The notes under the pieces: generated by a model
What the model was told of the DNA's origin: nothing
Seen by the model: the letters and a program-made list of their open reading frames with translations, nothing else
Database searches by the model: none
Origin: Rebecca billardiae RCC1528
Lineage: Eukaryota; Protista; Haptophyta
DNA length: 64,000 nucleotides
Assembly (NCBI GenBank): GCA_965240325.2
Contig: OZ251230.1
Location: 1,116,001-1,180,000 of the forward strand
Direction of reading: 5' to 3'
Translations under genes and position numbers: made by a program
In this document: piece after piece, positions 32,120 to 43,124 of the stretch
Numbering within the stretch: position 1 is the stretch's first letter
Layout of the letters: each line of letters starts with the position of its first letter

Positions 32120-34747
32120 TCAGACATTATTGTCATCTGCTGGCTCTGGCATCGTTTCCACTCTGCTGCGATCGGCAGTATCGCCGCCCTCTCTTGTAGC
32201 CGCTTGGAGCCGCAGTGCGGCGGGCGCGACAGTGCTTCGCTCGCGATCGATGAATGCTTGGAGCGCCGCCACCGATCGCTCGCCGCCCATGTACTGCCGC
32301 GGCGGCACCGCCCAACCTGCCCCGGTAGGGTCGCCGCCCGCCCGGTCCGCGCGCGGGCCCTGGTCCGCGCCGCCCGGACTTGGCCGCTGCGCCGGGAAGA
32401 TGTACACGGCCGGGAACGTGTGCACCGTCACGCCCTCCGCCTCGTTCACGCTCATGTCCAGCTCCGCCACCACCAGCCCGGTGTCGCCCGCGGCGTCGTG
32501 CGTGTTGGCCAGCTCAGCCCACAGCGGCAGCAGCGCGCGCGAATGCGCGCACCACGGCGTGTGGAAGAGCACCGCAAGGTCGGTGTGCGCGTCGTGCGCG
32601 GCGCGCGCAAACGTGCGCCCCACGAGCTTCTTCAGCGGCGAGGCCGGACCGTCTGCCGCACCCGTCGGCTCTGGCTCGGGCTCGGAGCGCACTCGTGCGC
32701 GCAGCCGGCCCGAGCGCGCGGCGCGCACGTACCGCACGAGCTCGTCTGTGCTCGGCAGCCGCGCGGGCTCGGACAGGGCGGGTGGCGACCCCACGCGCGC
32801 GCCTCCGCCTTCGGGGCTCGCCGTCGCCTCGAGTGCCGCCGGCGTCGCGCCCAGCGCGCCGTGCTCGGCCAACGTGGGATTCGAGACGGGCTCGGCGCGA
32901 GTGCTGCCGTTGGCGCCGGCCGCGGCCGCGGCCGCGCTGCGCGCGCGCGTCGGTTCAAGCTCGGCCGCGGCCTTCACGGCGGTGGTGGCGTTGTTGCCCG
33001 CGCCGCTCGGCCGGTGGACGTACGCGTGGAACGCCTTGGTGCGGTTGGTGTCGAGCAGCACGACGGCGGGCAGCGAGCTCGCGTTGAGCGCGAGGAAGGT
33101 GAGGACTCCCTGTGTCCCCTCGGTGGTCTCGAGCAGCACAGCGGTGGCCTCGCCCTCCAGGGCAGCCGCTGCCTCAGGCAGCAGCTGCGAGCGAATTTGC
33201 GCGGTGGCGGCGGCGCGCTGCGCACGGCGCCGCGCCCTGGCGCTCGCGGCGGCCGCCGGGGGCGTGGCGGCGACACGCCCGTCGGACAGCACCTGCGCTG
33301 CCACCACGTCGTCGCCACCGCCGCCGCCGGCCGCCGCCGCTGGTTCCGCGACCGTTGGCTCGGCGGCGCCCTCATCGGCCTCCGCCTCGTCCGCGCTGTC
33401 GGCTGCCGCCGCGCTCTCCGGCTGGAGCGCGGGGAGCAGGGCGATCAGATGGAAGCGCGTCGAGTTGTCGCGCGGGTCGAAGAGCCAGCGCTGGCTGACG
33501 GGCGTGTACGGCGAGACCAGAGGCCTGCTCTTGAGGCGCACAAACTGACCGAGCCGCCGACCGCACTCGGATGGGGCGGGCCGCGCGCGGGCGTTGACAC
33601 TTGTGCCGCCGCCATCGCTCCTCCGCTCGTCCTCGGCGTCGTGCGCGCCGACGGAGGCGAGCAGCGAGGTGCAAGGCGCGGCGCGCGAGGCCACCTCCGC
33701 CTCCGCATCGCCGCCGCCCGCGCCGCCCGCCGCCCCCGCCGCCCACGCACGCAGCGAGCTGAAGGCCGCTGAGCCGTTCGGTGCGCCGTATCTCACGAGC
33801 AGCACGTCGGGTGCGCGCCTCTCCGCACGGCCCGTGCCGGGGTGGGTCGGGGCGTCGTGGGGCGCGAGGAGCTGGGCGCATGCGTGCTCGCACGACGCAT
33901 CATCCGCGCCCTCCCCACCCGAGGCCGCGCCCGCCTCGCCATCCACCGCGCCCGGCGCGTCGCGCGCGTCGCCGCCCTCTGCGGCCGCGCAGTCGACAAA
34001 GCGCGCGGGGATGTTGCGGTGCAGCCGCTCGTACGCCTCAGCCACCTCGCGCAGCGCGGAGACCAGCGCGCCGGGCGCGTCGCACCCGCTGCCGATCGCA
34101 GGCGCGTCCTCGACGCCTTCGCCGCGCGGCTCCGAGCGCAGCGCGCAGCCAACGACGGCCACGGAAGGGTGCGCCTTGCTCGCTGCTGCAGCGGCCGTGG
34201 CCAGCTCTGCGCGGAGTGCTGTGGCACTGCGCGCCTCGAGCAAGACGCCCTCCACACGCCGGCGCACCCACTGCTCGATGTCGTCCGCGCTCGCCAGCCC
34301 GCCCGTGTACTTCTCGCGCACGCCTCCCGCGTACCACACCAGCTTGGGGTACTTTGCAACCTCGTGGGCGGCGCTGAGCACCTTGTGCTGCGTCGCGTCG
34401 ACCGTGGCAAAGGCCAGATCGGGGGAGGACGGAGCGCCGCCGGGCCGGGTCGTCGCATCGTCGTCGCCGCCCTCGACGGCGGCGTGTGAGCTCGCGAGCC
34501 GTCTCGCAGCCTCGCGGAAGTGGGGCAGCACGCGCCGCGAGTGCCCGCACCACGGCGCAAAGAAGATGACGAGCGCGTGCTCGCGCGCAGCCACGCGGCT
34601 CGCAAATTCCGCTTCGTCGTCCACTTCGATCGTTGCATGCTGCGCGCCCGCGGAGTCGGTGGCCGGCACGTCAGCGGCGGCCGCACAGGCGATGAAGAGG
34701 AGGGAGATCAGAATAGCCGGCAACGCGGTGGAGCGGGCGGCCGCCAT
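32120..34747 (-). CDS. Protein disulfide-isomerase-like protein with two CXXS thioredoxin domains, ~875 aa
   Basis: Signal peptide after ATG 34747; FFAPWCGHS, VDAT, KYPKL; FHTPWCAHS, LDMSVNE, HTFPAV; long Ala/Gly-rich inserts. Confidence 0.85.
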   Translation of the reverse strand: MAAARSTALPAILISLLFIACAAAADVPATDSAGAQHATIEVDDEAEFASRVAAREHALVIFFAPWCGHSRRVLPHFREAARRLASSHAAVEGGDDDATTRPGGAPSSPDLAFATVDATQHKVLSAAHEVAKYPKLVWYAGGVREKYTGGLASADDIEQWVRRRVEGVLLEARSATALRAELATAAAAASKAHPSVAVVGCALRSEPRGEGVEDAPAIGSGCDAPGALVSALREVAEAYERLHRNIPARFVDCAAAEGGDARDAPGAVDGEAGAASGGEGADDASCEHACAQLLAPHDAPTHPGTGRAERRAPDVLLVRYGAPNGSAAFSSLRAWAAGAAGGAGGGDAEAEVASRAAPCTSLLASVGAHDAEDERRSDGGGTSVNARARPAPSECGRRLGQFVRLKSRPLVSPYTPVSQRWLFDPRDNSTRFHLIALLPALQPESAAAADSADEAEADEGAAEPTVAEPAAAAGGGGGDDVVAAQVLSDGRVAATPPAAAASARARRRAQRAAATAQIRSQLLPEAAAALEGEATAVLLETTEGTQGVLTFLALNASSLPAVVLLDTNRTKAFHAYVHRPSGAGNNATTAVKAAAELEPTRARSAAAAAAGANGSTRAEPVSNPTLAEHGALGATPAALEATASPEGGGARVGSPPALSEPARLPSTDELVRYVRAARSGRLRARVRSEPEPEPTGAADGPASPLKKLVGRTFARAAHDAHTDLAVLFHTPWCAHSRALLPLWAELANTHDAAGDTGLVVAELDMSVNEAEGVTVHTFPAVYIFPAQRPSPGGADQGPRADRAGGDPTGAGWAVPPRQYMGGERSVAALQAFIDRERSTVAPAALRLQAATREGGDTADRSRVETMPEPADDNNV

Positions 34748-34871
34748 CGTTGCTGGGCGGGCAAAAGGCCCTCTCCGGAGAAGACGCTGCTGCGGCGCCT
34801 TTTCCGGCTGAAACGGCCAGGCTGAAAACGGATTCAACCCCACCAGCGAGAAGCGTCCAGCACCCGACACG

Positions 34872-35882
34872 ATGATCGGCGCACACGCCTCCGGCCTCAT
34901 GGGCCTCGAGCAGGCCTCCGAGCAGCGAGCGCCGCCCCCACTTGCGCGCAACCCCATCCTCGAGCCTGACGAGCAGCACAAGTCCATGCGACGCGCCTTC
35001 GCGCCCATTCAGAGCGGCCACGCCGACCTGCTGGACGGGCACCACAAGGCGCGCGGGACCAAGGGCGTCGAGGGCGGGGCCGGCCTCGGGTCGGTGCGGC
35101 ACGGCGAGCTGCTCTTCCCCGAGGCACCGCCTCGCCGGGGCCACGCAAGCCACGGCGAGGGTGCCGCCGGGCTGCAGTCCACCGAGCCGTTCGAGACAAC
35201 GCGTGGCAAGGCGCGGCCCCCGTCGGCCTCGGCCGAAGCCCGCAACCCGGTGCTGCTCGAAGGGTATGCCGAGGGACAGCTCGTCGACTACACGCGCTTC
35301 ACGCCGCGTGAGACATCTGGCTCGCAGATGGCGAGCGCTCTCGGCCCCGGCCTCCTCCCCGTCCACGACGAGCCGGTGCGCGCGCTCCGGCGGCCGGGCA
35401 CGGCCAATGCCCACGGCGTGGCCACCGATGCGCTGAGCGGCTTCGCCGGGGCCTCGTCGAGCCAGCTGCACCGGCGTGAGTTCGAGGAGAACACCCGCGC
35501 GCATCCGCACCCGACCACCGAGGCCGCCCTCGCCGCGCTCCAAGGCGACAACATGTCCAAGCTACTCAACTACCAATTCTCAAACGGGATTTCAGACTCG
35601 CAGCCGTTTGGCGGCGCGCGCGCCGCGGAGCAGGCGGAGTACCTCGAGCAGCTCAAGGCGCTGCATGACGAGCGCGCGGCGAACGAAAAGCTGTACGAGC
35701 AGATCAAGGCGCGTGTGTCCGCCCCGAGTCTCGCCGCAGACGGGCCGCAGCCATCGCAGCCATCGGCGCCGGCGCCAGGCGGCGACGCAGCGGCAAGCGG
35801 CCCTGAGCCGGCGACCGAGCCGCCCGCAGCCCCGGGCCCGCAGGATGCTGCCGCGCAGCCCCTCCCTGCGGGCTCGTCGTAG
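34872..35882 (+). CDS. Hypothetical protein, 336 aa, short coiled coil and Pro/Ala tail
   Basis: ATG-initiated ORF with GC3 bias and balanced composition, divergent from the PDI gene. Confidence 0.7.
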   Translation: MIGAHASGLMGLEQASEQRAPPPLARNPILEPDEQHKSMRRAFAPIQSGHADLLDGHHKARGTKGVEGGAGLGSVRHGELLFPEAPPRRGHASHGEGAAGLQSTEPFETTRGKARPPSASAEARNPVLLEGYAEGQLVDYTRFTPRETSGSQMASALGPGLLPVHDEPVRALRRPGTANAHGVATDALSGFAGASSSQLHRREFEENTRAHPHPTTEAALAALQGDNMSKLLNYQFSNGISDSQPFGGARAAEQAEYLEQLKALHDERAANEKLYEQIKARVSAPSLAADGPQPSQPSAPAPGGDAAASGPEPATEPPAAPGPQDAAAQPLPAGSS

Positions 35883-36601
35883 CTCAACAAGATGGGCTTG
35901 TGCCCAATCGATTACATGCGCACCGGTGACGGGACCGGTGCATACGCACCATATCACCACGGGTCGTCGTGATGATAACTCGTCTAACGGCAACGCCGTA
36001 AAGTCTACTATAAATAATAAAACTAACGCCGTCACGCTGAATTCCTGAAATTTCGGCTGTAATGAAATGGCCGCATCAGGATTGACAGGCCCAGGCGGCC
36101 AGGGGCGGCGACGTTACTAACTAGTTCTCGCACGAACAGACAATCACAACAGTCGGTCGGAACTGTAGGGGGTACAAGCCAGCAGCCCACTGATTTGTGA
36201 TATTTGACAACCATGCCATGTAGGCGTCTGCTGAGCGTGGCGCTTGCGGAGTCACCCTCAAATATGTCCCACAGCCCAGCCCAGCCGTCAGAAGCACTAA
36301 AAACCGACTCCGCGTGTCGTCGCGCGGTCGTGCGCGCGCGCAGCGGCGCCCGCTGTGTCACATAGAGATTCAGCCGAATGTTACCTACTTGTCATTGCAG
36401 CTAGATGACGATACGCGGTCGGACTTACCTATTGACAAGCGCTGCCCCCTATCCGAAGGATTTTATGGTGAAAATACCGAAAAAGTGGGGCACTATGCTG
36501 TGCGCGTAGACGTCCATGAAAAACTACTCCAAGATCGAGCACATTACCCATTTAATTATAGTAATTTACCCGCATATAAGAGCATGTCTACCCACTTTAT
36601 A

Positions 36602-38745
36602 TGACCGCGTTCCGCGGTCCTTCCGTAGAACCAACGCAGTTAGGGGCCCGCGGTGCACCCTCCGTCGGCTGCTCGGCTGCTCAATGTCGTAGCTGCTCAA
36701 TGTCGTATGAAGATTTATAATGGGCCAGGCCCAGTGGCAGTGGCAGTCTGCGAGACGCGTCGCAAGTTGGCAGTCCAGCTTGCCCGCCGCGTGCGCCGCG
36801 GCCGCGATCTCGTCGCCGTCCATGTCCTCGAACAGCTTGGCGGCGTTGGCGATGCGTCGGGACTTGGCGCGCTCGTCCGATTTGTTCATCGCACCCGCCG
36901 CCGCGGCGCCGCCATCGTCCCGCTGCTTGCGCTTGCCGAGGCGGTTGGAGTTGCCGCGCATCGACCGCGAGCGCGCCGCGTGCGCGCATGCGCCGCCGCC
37001 CCGGTGCGCTCCGCTGCCAGCGCCTTGCGTACCTTACGGCGCCGAAAACGGATCCGGCGCTCAGCGTTGCGCAGCGCGCGTGTGTCCTGGTCGCACGCCT
37101 CGCACACGAGCAGCAGCGCCAGCGCCATCTGCGCGTCCTCGTCGACCTCGGCCGAGTGCAGCGTCACGGGCGCGCCGCCCGCGCGTGCCGCCATCTCCTC
37201 GCGCTGCAGCTGCTCTGCGATGGCGCGGTCGCTGCGCAGCTGCTCGGCCAGCGGGTCGGGCGCGGCGGAGCGCTGCTCGCGCAGGCGGAGCGCGGCGGCG
37301 GACGTACTCCTCCAGCGCGGCCTACTCGTCGTTCAGCGGCGCGCCGGGCCGGCAGCGCGCCCGTGATCGCCGACCGTCCGACCGAGAGCCGCGCACGGCC
37401 ATGTGTGCGCGCAGCTCCGCCGTCTCCTCCTACGAGAGCATGCCTGCGCGGCGGCGGCGGCGGCGCGGCCGGGGTAGCGCATGCGCGAGGTGCGTCAACA
37501 GTCAGCGCCGTACGGCTGGTCGGCGCGCCACGTGCCCGTCGCGCGCGCACGCGCGCGCGCGCGCCGCGCACAGAGCAGCGACGCCGGCAGCTGCAGGTTG
37601 TGAGGGGCCGCCACGCTCATCGTCGCGACGCGGAAGACGATCTTGAGCACGTGGGAGAACGGGCCCGACGCGTCCTTGCGCTGCACGAAGATCAGCTTCA
37701 TCGGTGGCACCACCGCCGCCATCAGCTGGCCCCTTGTGCACCAGCTTGGCCAGGCGCGGCGAGCGACCACCTCCAGCGGCCAGGCGGAGTTGACCGCCTT
37801 GGCGACAGGGTCCACGCGCCACACCGTCTTGGTGCGCGAGTCCCACGCGCCCGGAAGCGACGCCTGCGTGGTCTGCGCGTCGGGCAGGTCGAGAAGATGC
37901 GCCTCACCATGATCAGGCTCAGCGCCTCGATCACCACCTGCTTCGCCGTGTCGATCATCTTGGCACGCCTTGCTCGCGTGCACACGGTCGCGTAGTGTCT
38001 TGCGCACGCAACTTGCCCACCACCTTGGTTAGCACGTGGCAGCGGCGGTCCTGGATGCGCTGATGCACCTGGCCCGAGAGCAGCGGGATGTTGCAGCTCG
38101 GGCAGAACGCCCGCACCGCCATCTGCGGCGCCAGCACCTGCTCCTTCGCGTCGCGCAGTGTCGCAGTCGTCACGCCGCGGCCTGCGGTCCGCCGGTCCGC
38201 GCGTGCACGCGGTAGAGTTTCGCCCGGTGTCGTTTCAGAACGGCCCGATGTCGTGCGTGCCCAAGCGCATCAACGCGTTCCGCATGCTGAGCCGGTTCGC
38301 GTGCGCGTCCAGGAAGCAGGATTTCTGATCTTCTTGCGCGCCCGCGCCGCGTCGCCGGCGTTTCAGACTGCGGGTCGAGAGGTCCACTGGTCATCGACTC
38401 ATCGCGGGGAGCGATCGCCGGACCGCCCAGTCCGGAGTGGATCACTGTTGTCTGGTGCTTGGGCGGAGTCCGGCCCCGGGCATTACCACAATGGCGCAGA
38501 TTCGTTTACTGACAATGTGACGGCCGTCCAACGACATACGCGAAATTGACCCGGGCGCGGCCTTTTATTAAGCTTGGGATGGACAGCATTGTACCGTACC
38601 CCTGAAAAAATCGAAAACTCACCCTCCAACAACCCTAAAAATCGTCCCCCGTCCCCTTTTCTTTGATCAAAAGATCTTTTTGACAACGTAGTGAGGGCCC
38701 CCGGTGGGGCTCCACGCTACGCGCTCCGCCCTGCACCGCGGGCCA
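36602..38745 (-). mobile_element. Helitron2/Helentron-like element, complete (2144 bp); sister of 1-840
   Basis: Family 5' end at 38745, hairpin 3' end at 36602; flanks read A|element|T with no TSD; frameshifted coding-like cargo. Confidence 0.85.
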
Positions 38746-40466
38746 TCAAATATGGTTACTTTTATAATATGTATTCAAGTACGTGCCTATACATGGGTAC
38801 CTTGCTCACTATTTGCTGGGTCATCCGAATACGGAATACGGCGGCGCCGAGACGGCTCATGCTGCCTCTGGACTCACCTCAGTGAGCGCCGGCCCGCGAA
38901 CGCGGGCCTGATGCCGGTGGCGGGCTGCACGTGCTGCGGCACACGGCCAACTCCGCCACTGAACATGCCACCATCCCCGTATGAGAGGCCTCTCCGCCGT
39001 CGAGGCTGGCGTGCGCAGACTAGCTCGCCATGTGTCATTGTGTGGCGGCTTCCTTGCCGGTCTCAGGTGTCACCGGCACCGTCGCCGTTCGTCGTACACC
39101 AGCCCACGCGAGGCCGCCACCGGTCCACCTCTGCTGCGGCTACAGCGCTTGCTGTCGAGGGTGCTCCAGCTTACCTCTGACTCGGCGAGCTGCTCGGTGG
39201 CGAGCGTTGAGCTCTCTGCCTCCGCTGCCGCGCCCAGCGCGCACGCCTGCCCCGAGCACCATGCAGTCTGCACGCTGCTCCAAGACGGCCGCCAACGGTG
39301 GCGGCGGCACTCCCGAGACGAAGACACGGTGTACAGATGTGGCAGCGGCCATAGCGGCGCTTGGCGGCGCGCGTCTGCTCCGCAGCAAGCTTGACGTTCG
39401 TGACAAGGTGCACGCTCTTCGCCTCAGGGCAGCTCGGCTGCTGCATGCAGCCAAGCGGCACGCCAAGTGGCACAACAAACAAGCCGACGCGTGCCGGCTG
39501 GAGCTTCTAGCGGTACTACTGTGGGCTGGAAGACAGGCCCCGCACGTACACAGGGTCGCCGAGCTTGCTTACCACCCACGACTGCCGCGCGCTCCCGTTT
39601 GCGCACGAGCGGCCAGCGATCGCGCGAGTGCATGCGCAGCGCGTGGGGAGGTGAGCACTGCACGCACCGGGCCAAGCGCCGGGGGCTGACTCATTCTCCT
39701 CATGAACTGATAGAACCAGTAGGGAACCAGGGCGCAGTGTGCACGGTTCACCGGGAACCGGGGCTGCGTTGTCCGCGCTCATCCGGATGAGAGTTCGAAC
39801 GGCGCGCAGAGCGGGGCTGTGAGGTTCAAGATGTCCGGTGAGAGCGAGCTGCCAGCGATCATTTGGCCGAACGCTGCCATGGTGGCCACCCTGACTCGCC
39901 CGCCCGCGCGCCTCTGACGCCAGAGCGCGCTCCGCCGCGCCGACGCGACGATGAAGTCCACCGCCCAGGCGTGCTGCTCGCCCGATCTCGGGCTCGACCG
40001 TGCTCTGAACGGCCACGGCCCGTGCTGCCGCAATTCGAGGCCAAAATGTTCGGAAATGCTCAGCGCGAAATCGGTCAGTCGATTTTCGATTTTAAATTCC
40101 GCGGCTTGGACCCCCTATGACGGAAGTCATCAGAACTGTGGCAAGGAACTGAACTTGTCACTTGATTGATGATTCGGAGTGAACTTCTTTCTCGGTCTCG
40201 TCGGATGACGATGTCGATGTGAGCTCAATTATTTATTACTGAGTGTAGTTACGGAATATATATATGCCGATATTGACATGGCAGCTGAGACTCAATTATA
40301 GTCCGGCGGTCACCCGCGGACGGCGGTCGGCCGCCGGTCCGCCCGTCTAAGACTAAGTACAATAAGTGAGTACGTCGGCCCGCCCCGGCCCCGGCCCGGC
40401 CGGCAGATAACCCGCCAGGCGCCAGCGGCGCCCGCGGTCGCGGAGTTAAACTCAGTTATATATCTC

Positions 40467-40473
<7 letters not shown>

Positions 40474-40498
<25 letters not shown>
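40474..40498. repeat. (AG)n microsatellite
   Basis: Direct reading. Confidence 0.9.
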
Positions 40499-41224
40499 TA
40501 TCCCCGATACTAATTTAACCTACTGTCTGTGGCTGTTACCTGGCCCGGAGTCCGAGAGGCGAGACCAAGTCGGGCAAGTGCCAGCAGTGGGCGGGCCCGC
40601 GGGCCGAGAGTCAGAGTCGGGGACTCCCGGCGGTAGGCTACGGGCGGCCGGTCCAGGCTGCTGACACTCAGCCCATGTATGTATGGGTGTCAGGGTGTGG
40701 AAGCGAGTTATACTTCAGTACCCAGGTGTGTTTGCTATAGAAGCCTTTCTATGGGAAGATTTAGATTGAGGGGGTGGCGAATACAGCCTAGCTATAGATA
40801 GGGTAGTTGGCACCTAACCATCATGCCCCAACCATGATGATACCGTAGTATACTACATGACACTGTGAGCCATTATGAGCATGGCTGCCCGCTCTCGCCC
40901 TCGCCCTCGGGCTCGGCCCGAGCTGACGTCTGCTGACGAGGGGCCGGCCGGGTTACTCATACTAGTCTGCTAAATACTCAGACTTCTGCGGGCGGGTACC
41001 ACGCCCGGGCTGATGAGCGACACAGGTCCATACTGCCATCATCTAGATCGACCTGCCAGATGGCATCGGCATACCTGAATCTAGTGAATCGTCCGTGATT
41101 TCAGAATTCAGTGCAGCCCGTGCGTCATGCGTGACGCGACGGTCGTGCCGTCCCCCGGCCCCGTCACTCGGCCATCAGGACCCAGGGCCGGGGCCTGCCG
41201 ATGGGCGAGCCAGCATAGAGAGAC

Positions 41225-42106
41225 TTACCGCTGCTCGGCGCTCGGCTTGGCCGCTCGCGCGAGTGCGGTGCATACGGCCACGAGAGACTCTGCCTGCAGC
41301 CCCGCGCGCCCGACCACGAAGCCGTCCACATCCGGGAGGGCGGCGTACTCGTGCGCGTTCTGCGCAGACACCGAGCCTGTGTATACGAGGCGGCACGCTG
41401 CTGCGGCCGCGTCGCCCGCGTGCTGCCGCACGCACTGGCGCATGTGCGCGTGCACTCTTTGCGCCTCCTCGGGACTGCAGGGCTGCGCGCCCTCGCCAAT
41501 CGCCCAGACGGGCTCGTATGCGATCACCACGCGCGACCACGCCGTCGCAGGCACGCTCGCGGCCGCCGCCGCGAGCTGCCTCGCGATGACGGCGAGCGCG
41601 TCGCCGGCCTCGCGCTGCGCGCGCGTCTCGCCGACCGTGAGGTTGACGTTGAGCCCGTCCACACCGATGACCTGAGCCACCTTCTCTCCGATGAGCGCAT
41701 CTGTCTCGCCGAAGGTGTTCCGCCTGTCCGAGTGGCCCAAAACAACCCAAGAGCACCCAACCGTCCGAAGGAGCGCGGGTGTGAGCACGCCGGTGCCCTT
41801 GCTCGCGGGTGGGACAGCCTCGAGCACGTTCTGCGCACCGACGCTGATTGTGCCGTCGAGCTTGGAGCGTACGCGGTCGAGGAGCACCGCGGGCGGGCAG
41901 ACGCACAGCTCGATGCTCGCTGCGAGGCCCGACGCGCCCCACGCCTTGTTGATGTCCGCCACCAGCTTCTCAGCCTCGTCTGCGGCCTCGATGCCGCACT
42001 TCCAGTTCGCGCCAACGAAGAGACGCCGCTGGGGCTGCGACGAAGCGGCTGCGTCCGTGCTGCCCTGCACACTCGCGGATGAAGGTGTGGACGCGCCGCA
42101 CCCCAT
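41225..42106 (-). CDS. TPI: Triosephosphate isomerase-like protein with MGCGAS N-terminal extension, 293 aa
   Basis: FVGANWK, GAQN, VVLGHSDRR, VGET, VIAYEPVWAIG, YTGSV, DVDGFVVG. Confidence 0.92.
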   Translation of the reverse strand: MGCGASTPSSASVQGSTDAAASSQPQRRLFVGANWKCGIEAADEAEKLVADINKAWGASGLAASIELCVCPPAVLLDRVRSKLDGTISVGAQNVLEAVPPASKGTGVLTPALLRTVGCSWVVLGHSDRRNTFGETDALIGEKVAQVIGVDGLNVNLTVGETRAQREAGDALAVIARQLAAAAASVPATAWSRVVIAYEPVWAIGEGAQPCSPEEAQRVHAHMRQCVRQHAGDAAAAACRLVYTGSVSAQNAHEYAALPDVDGFVVGRAGLQAESLVAVCTALARAAKPSAEQR

Positions 42107-42195
42107 GGCGGCAAACGACGATCGGAGGGTGGTGATTGGCTGAAACAGAACGACCGGAAGAAGTACGTTCGCGACTGTATACTTGTAACGGCGTA

Positions 42196-43036
42196 CAGTT
42201 TACTAAGAATAAGAGACGCACACAGTTAAATTCCCCTTTATAACGGGCTCCGGGTGATCAGACTGGCGGCCGAAGCCTCCAGCCCTACCCTGGCCAGCCC
42301 CCAACCAACCACCACCCTCACCCAACCTCAAACCACTGACCGATACACCAAGTGCCTTGACACCACTCCGCTGTGGACAGCCCGCCTCCAGAGGGGGCGG
42401 GGGTATGCCATTGCTGACAGCATACAAGCCCAACACTGTGGGGTGGTCCCAGGTACCAGCAGTGCACTGCCTTGCAATTCGAGATCATCGAGTTTGAGCC
42501 GCGAGTCGGCAGACTGGGCACCCCTTAGGGTGCCCCAGTGTGGGCAGAGGGCCAGCCACTAGCCGATCCCTGCGCGGGGGAGGGGACGGAGGGGGCTGTC
42601 AGCGAGCCCAGTAGCTGGGCCGGGCCCGGGGTCTGGGCCACTGGTCCTGGCAGTGAGGCGCCTGTATTTCACTCGTGCTGCTATATGGAGGCAGATGGTG
42701 TCATGTCAGACATGTGTGCGATATCGGGCATCAAGTCAGGGCGTGGGCCGCTGTAGGAGGCAAGCAGAGTGGTGGCGATGGCTAATACGCCTGGGGAGGA
42801 GTCGTTTGCGCGCCTCTTTCTGCTGCTCTTTGCAGGGGGTTGCATACTTCGCTGTGCAGGCTGAGCCTGCCTGCCAGTTGGTGTTAGGACAGGCACATTT
42901 GCCTGGCGGGGTGGGCAGTGTCGTTTGGGCGGGGGGCTGTCTTGCTGAGCTTGACTAGGAGGAGGCAGCCTGCGCCTGGGGGCTGCCAGTGTCTTGGCAG
43001 AGCCAGCAGGTGGCTACACAGCTCAGGCAGGCGAGA
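42196..43036 (+). mobile_element. Tc1/mariner-type MITE terminal repeat, split by an insertion
   Basis: TA|CAGTTTACTAAGAATAAGAGACGCACACAG (42196-42225) resumes as CTCAGGCAGGCGAGA (43022-43036); intact versions at 47881-47925 and ~51625-51670. Confidence 0.8.
42226..43015 (-). mobile_element. 790-bp insertion with 6-bp TSD, probably a 5'-truncated, decayed non-LTR retrotransposon (RTE-like 3' end)
   Basis: ACACAG duplicated (42220-42225, 43016-43021); no TIR; visibly CpG-poor; minus-strand remnants GHPKGCP (GRPxGRP after CpG decay) and PLWRRAVHSG resemble RTE ORF ends. Confidence 0.55.
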
Positions 43037-43124
43037 TTGACGCCCGCAACAAGTAATCACTTGCTCGGCGACAGAGTCGGCGCTGCGGCGCAGCTTGCTG
43101 GCGCCGGAGAACGGCTCGATCAGG

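Noticed and set aside
38800-40120. Possible additional decayed TE or gene
   Set aside because: No convincing terminal pair or recognisable protein motif; the same applies to 30190-31560 and 46550-47830
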